A stretch of 64,000 nt of DNA from Gammaproteobacteria bacterium (GCA_965221695.1 OZ244905.1:256001-320000), one strand, 5' to 3'. Counted from the first letter of the stretch, positions 9,486-19,270 are shown. The notes: generated from the letters alone by a model not told the origin. Made by a program: numbers and translations.

Positions 9486-9908
9486 TTATCTGCTATCCCA
9501 TGGATTGATAACAGTGATGCCACAATCTTCATAATCCGACACATTCCGCGTCGCAACAGCCATACTTCTTGAGTGCGCTATGGCCGCAATTTGTCCATCA
9601 AACTGCGATATCGGTTTTCCGGCTTTGCGACGTGTCGAAGCAATTTCAGCATAGGCGTATGTGGCGGCGCTGTCGAAAGTGAGCATCCGCCCTGCAAAAA
9701 GATAGTTAAAAGCATGTCCTGCCGCATTGGCAAGTTCGCTTCGCCTCCTACCTTCGGGCAGGAACGCTATGCCAGTGAGTATCTCCGCTTGTGTGACGGC
9801 AGTCACATATAAATCGTGTTTGGGACGCTCATCCAACCAAGCCATTACTTCGGAACTTGGCGTATGACGCATTACCTCAGAGATGATATTCGTATCAAGA
9901 ATAAACAA
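9486..9908 (-). CDS. vapC: PIN-domain toxin (VapC/FitB family)
   Basis: ILDTNIISE, TQAEILTG, FDGQIAAIA, ATRNVSDY, INPW; probable TTG start at 9908. Confidence 0.93.
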   Translation of the reverse strand: MFILDTNIISEVMRHTPSSEVMAWLDERPKHDLYVTAVTQAEILTGIAFLPEGRRRSELANAAGHAFNYLFAGRMLTFDSAATYAYAEIASTRRKAGKPISQFDGQIAAIAHSRSMAVATRNVSDYEDCGITVINPWDSR

Positions 9909-9915
9909 GGCCGAA

Positions 9916-10161
9916 CTATTCGAACATGCGCGATTCGCGCATCGGCTCACGGGGTGATATTTTCAGTTCGACACCGCCAAGAGGTTTGAAGAGTTCATGC
10001 AGGGCGGCTCCTAATCCTTTCTCCGGCTTTAAATCCTGCTCAACTGCGCTGGCAAGTATTTGGCGGGCTTCCTCTTCCATAGAACGCCCGTGTCCGGCTG
10101 CGCGCATCCTGAGATGTAGTTTTACTTTATCGTCCAGATTGCGAATTGTGATACTAGCCAT
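9916..10161 (-). CDS. FitA-like ribbon-helix-helix antitoxin
   Basis: MASITIRNLDD..KLHLRMRAAGHGRSMEEEARQIL, directly upstream of the PIN toxin. Confidence 0.92.
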   Translation of the reverse strand: MASITIRNLDDKVKLHLRMRAAGHGRSMEEEARQILASAVEQDLKPEKGLGAALHELFKPLGGVELKISPREPMRESRMFE

Positions 10162-10201
10162 AATCGTGCCGCTGTCTTGAAATACCACGTATAGTATACG
10201 A

Positions 10202-10218
10202 TGATTGCATTGCAATCA
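10202..10218. promoter_or_regulatory. Palindromic operator of the toxin-antitoxin operon
   Basis: Perfect inverted repeat TGATTGCA-T-TGCAATCA next to a minus-strand TATACT -10; half-site resembles the Neisseria FitA site TGCTATCA. Confidence 0.65.
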
Positions 10219-10403
10219 AATAATTCATGAACGATAAAGCCTTATGCTCAGGGTGCTGCACGCCCCGATTGTATGTGTTTTGGCACAGACCAGGGCATTC
10301 TACCGCATCACTCCAGCAAAATCAGAACCAGGAGCAGGGGAGTGAGTGGTGTTGTATAATCAAAACACAAACGATCTTCTCAGCTTGGGGGGTGCTGCAA
10401 ATT

Positions 10404-11771
10404 ATGCGTAATATAGGCAAATCTGCTTTTTTTTCTTTGTCGGTAGCTGTTCTTTTATCAGTCTCTGCGCTGGGCAGAGCGGTCTTTGCAGGTGGGCTTG
10501 AGTTTCTCTCTTACGATGCGCAGTTCAGCGGCGTCGGTGAGAAATCAGTGATTATCCTGGGAGAGAGACAGGCTGTGCTGATAGATGCGCAATGGAAACT
10601 GTCTGATGCGAAAAATGTCGCCGGTATGATTCTTGATTCAGGCAGGGAACTGACTCATGTCCTGATCAGCCACGGCCACCCCGACCATTATTGGGGGCTG
10701 GCTGCGATACTGGAACAGTTTCCCCAGGCACAGGTACTGGCGCGCCAGGGCACCCGGGATGAAATTGCCAACCAGTTTGCAGCCAAGTGGATCCATTGGC
10801 AACCGCTGTTTGGCGATGATGTGCCCACAACACCGGTCGTGCCGGAAGTATTTGAAGGTGATACGGTGTTGCTCGAAGATAAGGAGATCCGCGTGATCGA
10901 CCTGCCGGCGAATGAGGTAGAACACTCGGTTGCCTATTATGTGCCTTCCGAGCAGGTGTTAATTGCCGGTGACTTGATCTTCTCCCGTATGCACAGTTAT
11001 TTTGCCGATTTGAGTAATCCCTCCGGCTGGATAGAGGCGTTGGAATTGGTGAAGACCGCCGGTCCCATCAAGACGGTTTACCCCGGACATGGTCCCAACG
11101 GTGATGCGAGCCTGATAGATGATACCATCCATTACATGCAGGTGTATCAATCTCATGCCAAACCCGGTGTGCCGTTACCTGACATCATCCGGGGCATGAC
11201 CGCAGCATTTCCCGATTACGGGGGTGAGATGTTGTTGTGGTGGACCCGCGGCCCGGGTTTCGGTATTTTCGGACCGCGTTCCCTGGGTGTTCCGGAACCG
11301 TTGCTAGTAGGGTTGCCACCGCACCTGGTCGGCCCGGCGCCCGGTTGCAGCGCTCCCAACAAGGCGCTGGTGGAGAAATTGTTTCTTCAGGGCTTCAGCG
11401 GTGGCAATATGGCCGTGCTGGATGAGGTAATTGCCGAAAATTTCCGGTTCAGCTATCCGGGATTTCCGGACGGCCTCGATGGTCTCAAGGCGATAGTACA
11501 GAAAAACAATACCAGCTTTGAAGATTGGCAGTTCCAAATGCACGATACGTTGTGCGATGGTGACAAGGTGACTGTGCGCTGGTCAGGACAGGGCAAACAC
11601 GTGGCATCTTTCATGGGTGAAGCGCCAACGGGAAACCAGGTTGAATTAACCGGTATTTCCATTTTCCTGATAGAAAACAACAAGATCAGCGCAGACTGGG
11701 CAGCGCCGGACAACCTCGATTTCCTGCAACAACTCGGGGTATTGAGCATGCCTGATATGTCAGATATGTAA
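10404..11771 (+). CDS. Exported metallo-beta-lactamase-fold protein fused to a C-terminal SnoaL/ester-cyclase (NTF2-like) domain
   Basis: SHGHPDH, AGDL, YPGHG; C-terminal GDKVTVRWSGQGKHVASFMGEAPTGNQVELTGISIF; signal-peptide-like start MRNIGK at 10404. Confidence 0.85.
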   Translation: MRNIGKSAFFSLSVAVLLSVSALGRAVFAGGLEFLSYDAQFSGVGEKSVIILGERQAVLIDAQWKLSDAKNVAGMILDSGRELTHVLISHGHPDHYWGLAAILEQFPQAQVLARQGTRDEIANQFAAKWIHWQPLFGDDVPTTPVVPEVFEGDTVLLEDKEIRVIDLPANEVEHSVAYYVPSEQVLIAGDLIFSRMHSYFADLSNPSGWIEALELVKTAGPIKTVYPGHGPNGDASLIDDTIHYMQVYQSHAKPGVPLPDIIRGMTAAFPDYGGEMLLWWTRGPGFGIFGPRSLGVPEPLLVGLPPHLVGPAPGCSAPNKALVEKLFLQGFSGGNMAVLDEVIAENFRFSYPGFPDGLDGLKAIVQKNNTSFEDWQFQMHDTLCDGDKVTVRWSGQGKHVASFMGEAPTGNQVELTGISIFLIENNKISADWAAPDNLDFLQQLGVLSMPDMSDM

Positions 11772-11840
11772 CCCGGATTTCCCGGTTTGAACTGCATTGA
11801 GTAGCCTCAGTGATTTAAGACGCAGAGGCTCGTTCATTTT

Positions 11841-11880
11841 ATGTTGTAAAACATGCATTATAATGCTAATTTTACAACAT
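11841..11880. promoter_or_regulatory. 40-bp imperfect palindrome containing a sigma70-like promoter and the ATPase start codon
   Basis: ATGTTGTAAAACATGCATTA/TAATGCTAATTTTACAACAT (17/20 arm match); TTGTAA-17-TAATTT with TG extension. Confidence 0.65.
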
Positions 11881-13063
11881 GATAAATCGCCACGTCCATC
11901 CTGCCATTGAACAGCTCTTGTCTGAACAGGCCGCTGTTGCGTTGCTTGGCTCGCGCCAGGTCGGCAAAACCACACTGGCGCGGCAGATTGCAAAAACCCG
12001 CGCCGCTGTTTATTTTGATCTGGAAGAGCCTGAGACCACACCGTTATTCGAAAATCCGCGTTCCATGCTTTCACGCTATGCGGATAAACTGGTCATCCTG
12101 GATGAAATCCAGCGCGTCCCGGGTTTGTTTGAATCAATCCGGGGTTTAATCGATACTTACCGCCAGGAAGGCCGTGGCGTCGGAAAGTTTCTGCTGCTTG
12201 GCTCAGCTTCAATCGACCTCTTGCGTCAGACCTCTGAATCGCTGGCGGGACGCGTCAGTTACCGAGAACTGGGGCCTCTGAACCTGTTGGAAACAATTGC
12301 TGCCGGTATCCCCAAGTCAGAAGACAGACTTTGGTTACGCGGTGGTTTCCCCAACGCGTTCCTTGCCAAATCCGACAGGTCGAGCATGACCTGGCGCAGG
12401 GATTTTGTTCGAACCTACCTGGAACGGGACATTCCCTCGTTCGACTCCCGGGCGCCGGGTGAGACACTCAGGCGTTTCTGGACGATGCTTGCGCACAACC
12501 AGGGAGGTCTGCTGAATGCGGCCGGCCTGGCGGCATCATTGGCAGTAGATACCCGAACCGTGAATCGTTATCTGGACTTGCTGGTTGACCTGTTGCTGAT
12601 CAGGCGCCTGCAACCCTGGCACGGCAATATTAAAAAGCGGCTGGTGCGCTCACCGAAAATTTACCTGCGCGATAGCGGCATCGTGCACTGCCTGCTTAAC
12701 CTCGTCTCGCTTGATGCCGTATTAGGTCATCCGGTTGCCGGAATGAGTTGGGAAGGGTTTGTTGTGGAAAATATTCTGACCGCCGCGCCTGAATGGGTAC
12801 AGCCGTTCTTTTATCGCACTGCAAGAGGCGCCGAGATTGATTTGGTCCTTGAATTCGCACCCGACCAGCGTTGGGCAATCGAAATAAAACGTGCAGCGAC
12901 ACGGCCCAGGCCTTCCGCCGGATTCCATATCGGCAGTGAGGATATCAAAGCAAAACGACGCCTGGTGATTTATCCCGGCGAGCACAGTTTTGTACAGGGC
13001 GACAATGTGGAGACCATGCCTTTACAAGTCTTGATGGAACAATTGACTGCTATGGATGATTAG
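11879..13063 (+). CDS. AAA_14-type ATPase with DUF4143 and C-terminal PD-(D/E)XK-like motif
   Basis: GSRQVGKTT, LDEIQR, LLGSAS, ESLAGR, RGGFP, RSPKIYLRDSG, EIDLV...AIEIK. Confidence 0.92.
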   Translation: MINRHVHPAIEQLLSEQAAVALLGSRQVGKTTLARQIAKTRAAVYFDLEEPETTPLFENPRSMLSRYADKLVILDEIQRVPGLFESIRGLIDTYRQEGRGVGKFLLLGSASIDLLRQTSESLAGRVSYRELGPLNLLETIAAGIPKSEDRLWLRGGFPNAFLAKSDRSSMTWRRDFVRTYLERDIPSFDSRAPGETLRRFWTMLAHNQGGLLNAAGLAASLAVDTRTVNRYLDLLVDLLLIRRLQPWHGNIKKRLVRSPKIYLRDSGIVHCLLNLVSLDAVLGHPVAGMSWEGFVVENILTAAPEWVQPFFYRTARGAEIDLVLEFAPDQRWAIEIKRAATRPRPSAGFHIGSEDIKAKRRLVIYPGEHSFVQGDNVETMPLQVLMEQLTAMDD

Positions 13064-13085
13064 CGAGACACCCGCGCTCCCAGGG
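13063..13085 (-). repeat. Single REP-like unit of the family arrayed at 33166-33257
   Basis: Reverse complement CCCTGGGAGCGCGGGTGTCTCGC is identical to the start of that array; lies between convergent genes. Confidence 0.75.
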
Positions 13086-13098
13086 CCCAGGGGGCATT

Positions 13099-14271
13099 CT
13101 ATACCAGGCAGGATTTCAGTTTTTGCAGGTCCGCATGGCGGCTTGGTATGTCGTCACGATTTGCAGCCAATCTCAGATCGCGTAGTTTTTCCAGTGCGTT
13201 CAGCAGGACGGGGAGGGGTGGACCGCTGGCGGTGATGTTCACCAGTCCTTCTTCGGGCAGTTCGGCGGCCGGTTTCTCGATAAACTTCTGCACCAGTTTA
13301 TCATGGTGCGAGGCTGCGCCGCGGCCATGCAGGTCGACGACCTCCAGGTACGCGGTCAGGTTATTTTGAAACCAATCCTTGTCGCGGCGCTTGTCCATGT
13401 CCTCCAGGAACTGGTCCAGGAAACTTTTTCGACGCATGCAATCCCGCAGTAATTGCTGCTCTTCGGGCAGCATGAACAGGAACTTGTCTACCAGCACCTG
13501 CGAATAGGACGGGTTATCAGCGCTGCACAGGCCCAGCAGCAGGTCGATCACGTTGATGCCGGCAAAATCGCCGGCGTTGGCGCCGCGATACACATTGGGC
13601 CCGACCCGGTAGGGTTTGTAGTATGGGCGCACGCAGTTGAAGAAACGATCGGTATCCAGTTCGTCAAACAGGCAATCGTTGAAGCGGATCACGTCTTCCA
13701 GCGCGGTTTTGGCGAGGCCGAACAGGTGAGCGGCCAGGGGATGGGATATGCCCATGGGCAGGATGCGCCACAGCGCGTCGGCGGCGCGCTGGTACGCGAA
13801 TATCCCAAGAATGTTGTAATCCAGGAACAGGAACTCATCTTTTAATGAAGTGAACGAGCGGTAAACACCGTCTTTTGCCGGATTGAAAGTCGCCATGTGA
13901 CTGGTCGCAAAACGCGGAGTCACACCCAGGGTTGTTGCCAGTTGCAGCGCAAGCGCGGAGGCCTCGACCAGGGGAGAGGTCGTCTCCCGTGACGGTTCGG
14001 TGATATCATGCCGGCGGCATGCGGCCATGAAAAAGCCGACGCATCCAAGCAGGTTGTATTGCTTGTCGAACCCCTCATCTGTATTGCCTTCCTTGAGCAG
14101 CGGAGCGATATGGCTGTTGCCTTCCGCAACCAGGTTTGCCTTAATAGTGTCGCCGACACCGGAAACGGCTTGCCGGTCTTCTTGGGCAAAATAAATTTCC
14201 TCCAGCTCGGTGTTCATTTCTACGAATGCGGAGCGGAGCCAGTTATCGAAAAGTTCTACGTTTTTGCTCAT
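13099..14271 (-). CDS. PrnB/DUF1864-family heme-dependent protein (tryptophan/indoleamine dioxygenase superfamily)
   Basis: FDNWLRSAFVEMNTELE, RFFNCVRPYYKPYRVG..YRGANAGDFAGIN, TASGPPL recalled from this family. Confidence 0.8.
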   Translation of the reverse strand: MSKNVELFDNWLRSAFVEMNTELEEIYFAQEDRQAVSGVGDTIKANLVAEGNSHIAPLLKEGNTDEGFDKQYNLLGCVGFFMAACRRHDITEPSRETTSPLVEASALALQLATTLGVTPRFATSHMATFNPAKDGVYRSFTSLKDEFLFLDYNILGIFAYQRAADALWRILPMGISHPLAAHLFGLAKTALEDVIRFNDCLFDELDTDRFFNCVRPYYKPYRVGPNVYRGANAGDFAGINVIDLLLGLCSADNPSYSQVLVDKFLFMLPEEQQLLRDCMRRKSFLDQFLEDMDKRRDKDWFQNNLTAYLEVVDLHGRGAASHHDKLVQKFIEKPAAELPEEGLVNITASGPPLPVLLNALEKLRDLRLAANRDDIPSRHADLQKLKSCLV

Positions 14272-14462
14272 TGAATAGCCTGTTATACACGAGAAAACAA
14301 CAGATCATGCAGATATTACCAAACAACCATCTATGTCGTGAACAAATCCCGGTTTATTTGCAGAGCAAGTAGTAACCTGGGTGTGACTTTATTCCCGTGA
14401 GAATCCTCGTTTTCACGGGACAGGTTACGGAATCCAGTGGGCAAAGGGTCGCCTTTCAGGCG

Positions 14463-15788
14463 TCACCCGAGCAACGCCCGCAAAAACTCGGGCATCTTGA
14501 TCGCCGATATGGTTACTGACAGCAACAACGCCGCCAATAATATCAGGTTGCGAGCAATACTGCCGGTGTGTTCTCCCATAACGGATCTCTTATTGATCAG
14601 AATGATCACAATAAGATAGACCAGCGGTACCACAATTGCGTTGATCCCCATCAGCAGAAGGAGCTTGAACAGGGCAGGAAAGGTCCATAGGGGAGCCAGC
14701 AGCGCGGGTAGGATAATGCAGACAGTCACCGTGAGCCTGAAACCCCTGTTGTCGAGGGTATGATGCCAGGCATAACCGAACATATCGAGAATGAAGTAGG
14801 TGATGACCTCCACTGTGACGATGAATGTGGTTAGCCCCGCAATGATCATTCCGGCTGAAAATACCAAAGGCCCGAGGTATTCAAGCCCTTGAGGAAACGC
14901 ACGCAGCAGTATCCTGCTTGCTTCGTGGACCGAATCGATCTCTGCATGGTTGGCCAGTGGGTACAAGGCAAAGCCGCCGGCGATAATGATGCACAGAGCA
15001 CAGGCGCAATAGATGACACCCAGGTTGATGACCGAATTGCGGAATTCCTGCCGGATATCCACCGCCCCCTCCTGCCGATTGTCCGCGCTCATGTAAGGCA
15101 TCCCCAGCATTGCCGCCGGCGCCAGGACGCTGCCGACAATACCCATAATCACAATGCCGCTGCTGCGCGCCGTGTCTCTGCCAGGAACAGGCAGGTCTTC
15201 AGGCACGTTAGGCATTATTCCAGCAAGGATGGCGGACAGTTCCGTAAAGCCGCGCAGCGCGACGATCAGAAAACAGCCTAACATCAATAATAAAAATACG
15301 GTCATGTAGCGTTGCATACGCTGGTAACCTTCCGAGGTCAGCAACCAGACGATGCCGGCAGCAAATGCCAGGGATACAACCAACTCAACATTCCGATAGT
15401 TGCTGCCGGCCATGTCTGCCGCTGTTTCAGGCGGATAATAGCCAAACAGAGACAACGCCGCGGAGGTCATGACTGACATCTGTCCCATGCCTATTAGCAG
15501 GTGAACCGGGATATTGATTGCCAACAGCAACCAGCCCACACCGGGATGCAGATATTTGCAGATCAGCGAGAACATCCCCTCATTTTTGTTGAGCAAGCCG
15601 ATACGCGCGGCGCTGTCCACCGTTATTACCAGCAGAGGCACGGTCAACAGGACGACCCAGAGAAGCTCATAGCGAAACCAGGCGCCGCTCAGAATTAGCG
15701 ATGAAGCCGAGCCGGCGCCGATAGAAGCTGCTGCCATCACTGCGGCGGGGCCGATAATCCTCTGGTAAAATCCAGGCAAATTTCGCAT
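14463..15788 (-). CDS. NRAMP-like (APC superfamily) membrane transporter
   Basis: IIGPAAVMAAASIGAGS, GAWFRYELLW, about 11 hydrophobic segments; canonical DPGN metal motif absent. Confidence 0.75.
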   Translation of the reverse strand: MRNLPGFYQRIIGPAAVMAAASIGAGSASSLILSGAWFRYELLWVVLLTVPLLVITVDSAARIGLLNKNEGMFSLICKYLHPGVGWLLLAINIPVHLLIGMGQMSVMTSAALSLFGYYPPETAADMAGSNYRNVELVVSLAFAAGIVWLLTSEGYQRMQRYMTVFLLLMLGCFLIVALRGFTELSAILAGIMPNVPEDLPVPGRDTARSSGIVIMGIVGSVLAPAAMLGMPYMSADNRQEGAVDIRQEFRNSVINLGVIYCACALCIIIAGGFALYPLANHAEIDSVHEASRILLRAFPQGLEYLGPLVFSAGMIIAGLTTFIVTVEVITYFILDMFGYAWHHTLDNRGFRLTVTVCIILPALLAPLWTFPALFKLLLLMGINAIVVPLVYLIVIILINKRSVMGEHTGSIARNLILLAALLLSVTISAIKMPEFLRALLG

Positions 15789-15861
15789 TATCTTTGGTCT
15801 GATTTTGAGTGAGTTTTACAAACCAGCTTGTTCACTGCGTTCACGAAATTGTCTCCCATCC

Positions 15862-15950
15862 CATTCCCGCGCAAGCGGGAATCCAGTGGAAAAACGGGTC
15901 GTCTTGCGGGCGACACAGTATTTGATTGGACTCCTGTTTGCGCGAGAGTG
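15862..15950. repeat. Inverted REP doublet (ATTCCC-N8-GGGAAT type)
   Basis: CATTCCCGCGCAAGCGGGAATCCA (15862-15885) and a degenerate inverted copy at 15927-15950; related decayed units near 14392-14437, 17775-17793 and 24252-24275. Confidence 0.7.
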
Positions 15951-16000
15951 CTAGTGTGGTTGCGTTCATGGGAGCGTCTCCCTGCCATATGCTGACAAAA

Positions 16001-17656
16001 TCAACCACGCTCAAAACGCGTCCAGTAATCACGCACGGTCTGTTTCATGTCCCGACGCAGCAGCATGATACCGAACAGGTTCGGGAGCGCCATCAGCGCC
16101 AGAGTAACAGCAGAGAATAACCATACCATGGAAGTATCAACCACTGCGGCCGTAAAAAATGCCGCGCAATAAAACAGGCGGTAAGGCAAAACCCAGCGCA
16201 ATCCGAACAGGTAAGTGATGGCGCGATCGCCATAGTAAGACCAGGCAATAGCAGTGCTGAATGCGAACAGCATCAGGCCCAGTGTCACGGCATACTGACC
16301 ATAATCACCCAGAAAACTGCGCTTGAACGCCTCAACCGTCAACGGCACGGAATGCAACAGAGACTTGCCGCGCAATGAGATATTGTCGGCAAGCGAACCG
16401 TCTTTAATCACTATGGTTCCGTTGTGCGCTTCCCCATCAATGTGAAAATATACATCCTCGGCAATTGAACGGTTGTGCAAGATGGTGATTGAAGCATCAG
16501 TAAGACGCCCGTTCACGACCTTAAAGCGGCCGTTGGCAAGTTCAATCGATGCGGCTGTCGGGTCCTGATCATTGAGATACTGAAACAACACCTGCACATG
16601 CTCAGGGTCGTCATCGGAGTAGACGCCGCTGATGAACCGGGTGTCAAATGCCTGGAACTCGGTATCGAATTTTTCCTTCCATACTCCCGAAGATAGAATC
16701 ACCAAGGCCGTCAATGTGCAGATAACCAGGGTGTCAAGAAAAGGTTCGAGCAGGGATACCATGCCTTCGGACACCGGTTCATCGCCCTTGGCTGAGGCAT
16801 GTGCGATGGGCGCTGAACCCTGGCCCGCCTCGTTTGAGAACAATCCCCGGTTGACACCCCGGTTAAACGCGTAGGCAAAAGTGGCGCCCAGAAACCCTCC
16901 GCTCGCGGCAGTATCGGTAAATGCGCTGTTGAATACACTGCAAAAAGCAGGGACTACTGCGTCAATATTGGCAACAATGACCGCCATTGCTGCAACAAAA
17001 TAAAGCAAACCCATGATCGGCACAATCGCTGAGGTTACCCGGGCAATTCGGCGAATGCCTCCCAGTATGACCAGGCCGAGTAAAACGGCGAATAGAGCGC
17101 CGCTTGCCCATGTTGGAATACCAAAGGAAGTCTGCAGACCGGCCGCCATATTATTGCTCTGCGGCATGTTGCCGGAGCCCAAGGTGCTAAAAATGGTGGC
17201 TATGGCAAAAAAAACGGCCAGCCATTTCATGTTCAGCGCGCGTTCCATATAGTACATCGGACCGCCGGCCATCTCGCCATTTTCGTCCTTGATCCGATAT
17301 TTATGTGAAATAGTCACCTCAACGAATTTGGTCGTCATACCGACGAAAGCCGTCGCCCACATCCAGAACAGCGCCGCGGGTCCGCCCAGGTGTAAGGCAA
17401 GGGCTACGCCACCTATATTACCCGTGCCCACGGTGCCGGACAAGGCTGTTGACAAGGCCTGAAAATGCGATGTGTCACCCTCCGCGTCATGGCTGGTGTA
17501 ACGTCCTGTCAGCGTTGCCCAGGCGCGTTTGAAGTAGCGAACCTGCGGAAAACCCAAGTAGAACGTAAAAAATACGCCGACACCGAGCAACAGCCAGGGG
17601 AAATACCAGGCCGCGCCCAGGATTCCATCAAGAAAAGCAAGAAAGTCGTTCAGCAT
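16001..17656 (-). CDS. Sodium:alanine/glycine symporter (AGCS family)
   Basis: [66 protein letters not shown]; start at 17656. Confidence 0.93.
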   Translation of the reverse strand: MLNDFLAFLDGILGAAWYFPWLLLGVGVFFTFYLGFPQVRYFKRAWATLTGRYTSHDAEGDTSHFQALSTALSGTVGTGNIGGVALALHLGGPAALFWMWATAFVGMTTKFVEVTISHKYRIKDENGEMAGGPMYYMERALNMKWLAVFFAIATIFSTLGSGNMPQSNNMAAGLQTSFGIPTWASGALFAVLLGLVILGGIRRIARVTSAIVPIMGLLYFVAAMAVIVANIDAVVPAFCSVFNSAFTDTAASGGFLGATFAYAFNRGVNRGLFSNEAGQGSAPIAHASAKGDEPVSEGMVSLLEPFLDTLVICTLTALVILSSGVWKEKFDTEFQAFDTRFISGVYSDDDPEHVQVLFQYLNDQDPTAASIELANGRFKVVNGRLTDASITILHNRSIAEDVYFHIDGEAHNGTIVIKDGSLADNISLRGKSLLHSVPLTVEAFKRSFLGDYGQYAVTLGLMLFAFSTAIAWSYYGDRAITYLFGLRWVLPYRLFYCAAFFTAAVVDTSMVWLFSAVTLALMALPNLFGIMLLRRDMKQTVRDYWTRFERG

Positions 17657-17845
17657 TATTATTGTAATCCCCACATGATCAGGGCGCTGCTCATGCAGAT
17701 AACCCAAACCAGGTTATGCATCCATACTACTCCCACCCCGCTCAGCGCCATACGAGGACAGGCTGAAAAGTTTGCTCCCGTGAAAACGGGAGTTTATACG
17801 GGAATGGTACCGGAGATAGTATAGTTATACTACAAATTATATTGT

Positions 17846-17942
17846 AGAAGCTCTGAACAAATCCATTTCTGGTTTGTCCTACAAAGGAGTCTTTAGAAAT
17901 AGGGGTTCCTAAACAGAAAAATCTGACTCAGTTAGAGTTTCT
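17846..17942 (+). mobile_element. Degenerate copy of the IS5-like MITE family
   Basis: Begins AGAAGCTCTGAACAAATCCAT and ends CTGACTCAGTTAGAGTTTCT, like the copies at 29795 and 52637. Confidence 0.6.
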
Positions 17943-17989
17943 GCATTTTATATCATGAGAACTTTCAATCAAACACACAGGAGAAAACA

Positions 17990-18346
17990 ATGAACAAACT
18001 TGGCGCATTTATCATGAGTATGTTTTTGCTGTCTTTGGCTGCACAGGCCGATCACCATGTTGGCGGCAAACACGCGGGAAAACACAAAGACAGACTGATC
18101 AGCAATCTGGACCTCACAGAGGACCAGAGACAACCGGTTACAGACATTCTCAAGGAACAATGGAAAAAGCGTAAGGAAATCATGCAGCCAGCCTTAGATC
18201 AGGTCCAACCGGAGATGGAAACTCTGCGCGAGGAAACCAGGCAACGACTGGCAGCGGTTCTGACCGAGGAGCAGTTACAAAAGTATGATGAACTGAGCAG
18301 CAAGCGGCAGGAGCGGATGCAGAAACGTTTTCGGCGCCAGCAATAA
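17990..18346 (+). CDS. Small periplasmic helical protein (Spy/CpxP-like)
   Basis: Signal peptide (AQA), LDLTEDQR and VLTEEQ LTxxQ motifs; RBS AGGAG. Confidence 0.75.
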   Translation: MNKLGAFIMSMFLLSLAAQADHHVGGKHAGKHKDRLISNLDLTEDQRQPVTDILKEQWKKRKEIMQPALDQVQPEMETLREETRQRLAAVLTEEQLQKYDELSSKRQERMQKRFRRQQ

Positions 18347-18412
18347 AGCTATTGGCGCCAATCGTAAGCCAATCACTGTCGCATACTTGCCATGCGCTGG
18401 ACGGTATAAGTC

Positions 18413-19270
18413 TTACCGCTGCGCAATGTCTTGCAAGCCGCGCCTGACCAAGGCCGCCACCATCTGCCGCCGGTAGGCGCCGGTGGCGCGGAAGTCATCG
18501 ATAGGTCTTGCTTCCTTTGCCGCGCAGGCGGCCGCGGCATTGATAACGGCTTCATCCAAGGTTTTGTCCTGGAGCATGGTTTCCGTCTCCACGGCGCGCA
18601 TTGCCACCGGCGCTACTGCGCCTAAGGCAATGCGGGCCTGCGCCACTTTGCCTTGCTCGAGTCTGACTGTCATGGCAAGGCTGATGATGGATATGGCATC
18701 GGCCTGGCGTTTGCCAAGTTTGTAATAGAACCAGGACATATGTTCAGCGGGACGGGGGAACTCGATCGCAGTCAGCAGTTCATCAGGTTGCCGGGCAGTT
18801 TTGCGCACCCCCTGAAAGAACTCAGGCAGGGGCAGGACGCGTCGCCCGCGCGCGGCGCTCTTTAATTCAACCACGGCGTCAAGCGCCAGCAGGGGAGGCG
18901 AGATATCGGCTGCAGCGGACGCATCGCAAAGATTGCCGCCAACCGTGGCCAGGTTGCGGATCAGAGGGCCTGCAAACGCGGCGCACATGGGGCTCATGAG
19001 ACCCTCAATAGCGCCGCCTGGGCGCCACTTAAGCAGACGGGCAAAGGTGACGCCCGCGCCCAAGCGAATTTGGCTATTGTTTTCGGATATTGGCCCCAGT
19101 TCTTCAAGACCGGTTATGTCTACTACCAGGTCGGTTGCCAGAGGCGCTCGTTTCATGTTCACCATGATATTGGTGCCGCCTGCTACTGGTGTGACACGCT
19201 TGCTCTGCGCCAACGCCTGCAGCGCAGTGGACAAATCGCCGGGCCGGGTGAATTCAAAATCATTAATCAT
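18413..19270 (-). CDS. FAD-binding subunit of a xanthine dehydrogenase/CoxM-family molybdoenzyme
   Basis: VAGGTN, IRNLATVGGNLCDASAAAD, RIALGAVAP, PIDDFRATGAYRR. Confidence 0.93.
   Translation of the reverse strand: MINDFEFTRPGDLSTALQALAQSKRVTPVAGGTNIMVNMKRAPLATDLVVDITGLEELGPISENNSQIRLGAGVTFARLLKWRPGGAIEGLMSPMCAAFAGPLIRNLATVGGNLCDASAAADISPPLLALDAVVELKSAARGRRVLPLPEFFQGVRKTARQPDELLTAIEFPRPAEHMSWFYYKLGKRQADAISIISLAMTVRLEQGKVAQARIALGAVAPVAMRAVETETMLQDKTLDEAVINAAAACAAKEARPIDDFRATGAYRRQMVAALVRRGLQDIAQR

Noticed and set aside
13099-14271. Pyrrolnitrin biosynthetic cluster
   Set aside because: Only a PrnB-like gene is present, with no adjacent prnA, prnC or prnD.
15788-16120. Small ORFs between the two transporters
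   Set aside because: They overlap the REP doublet (LDSRLRGN and WIPACAG are typical REP translations).
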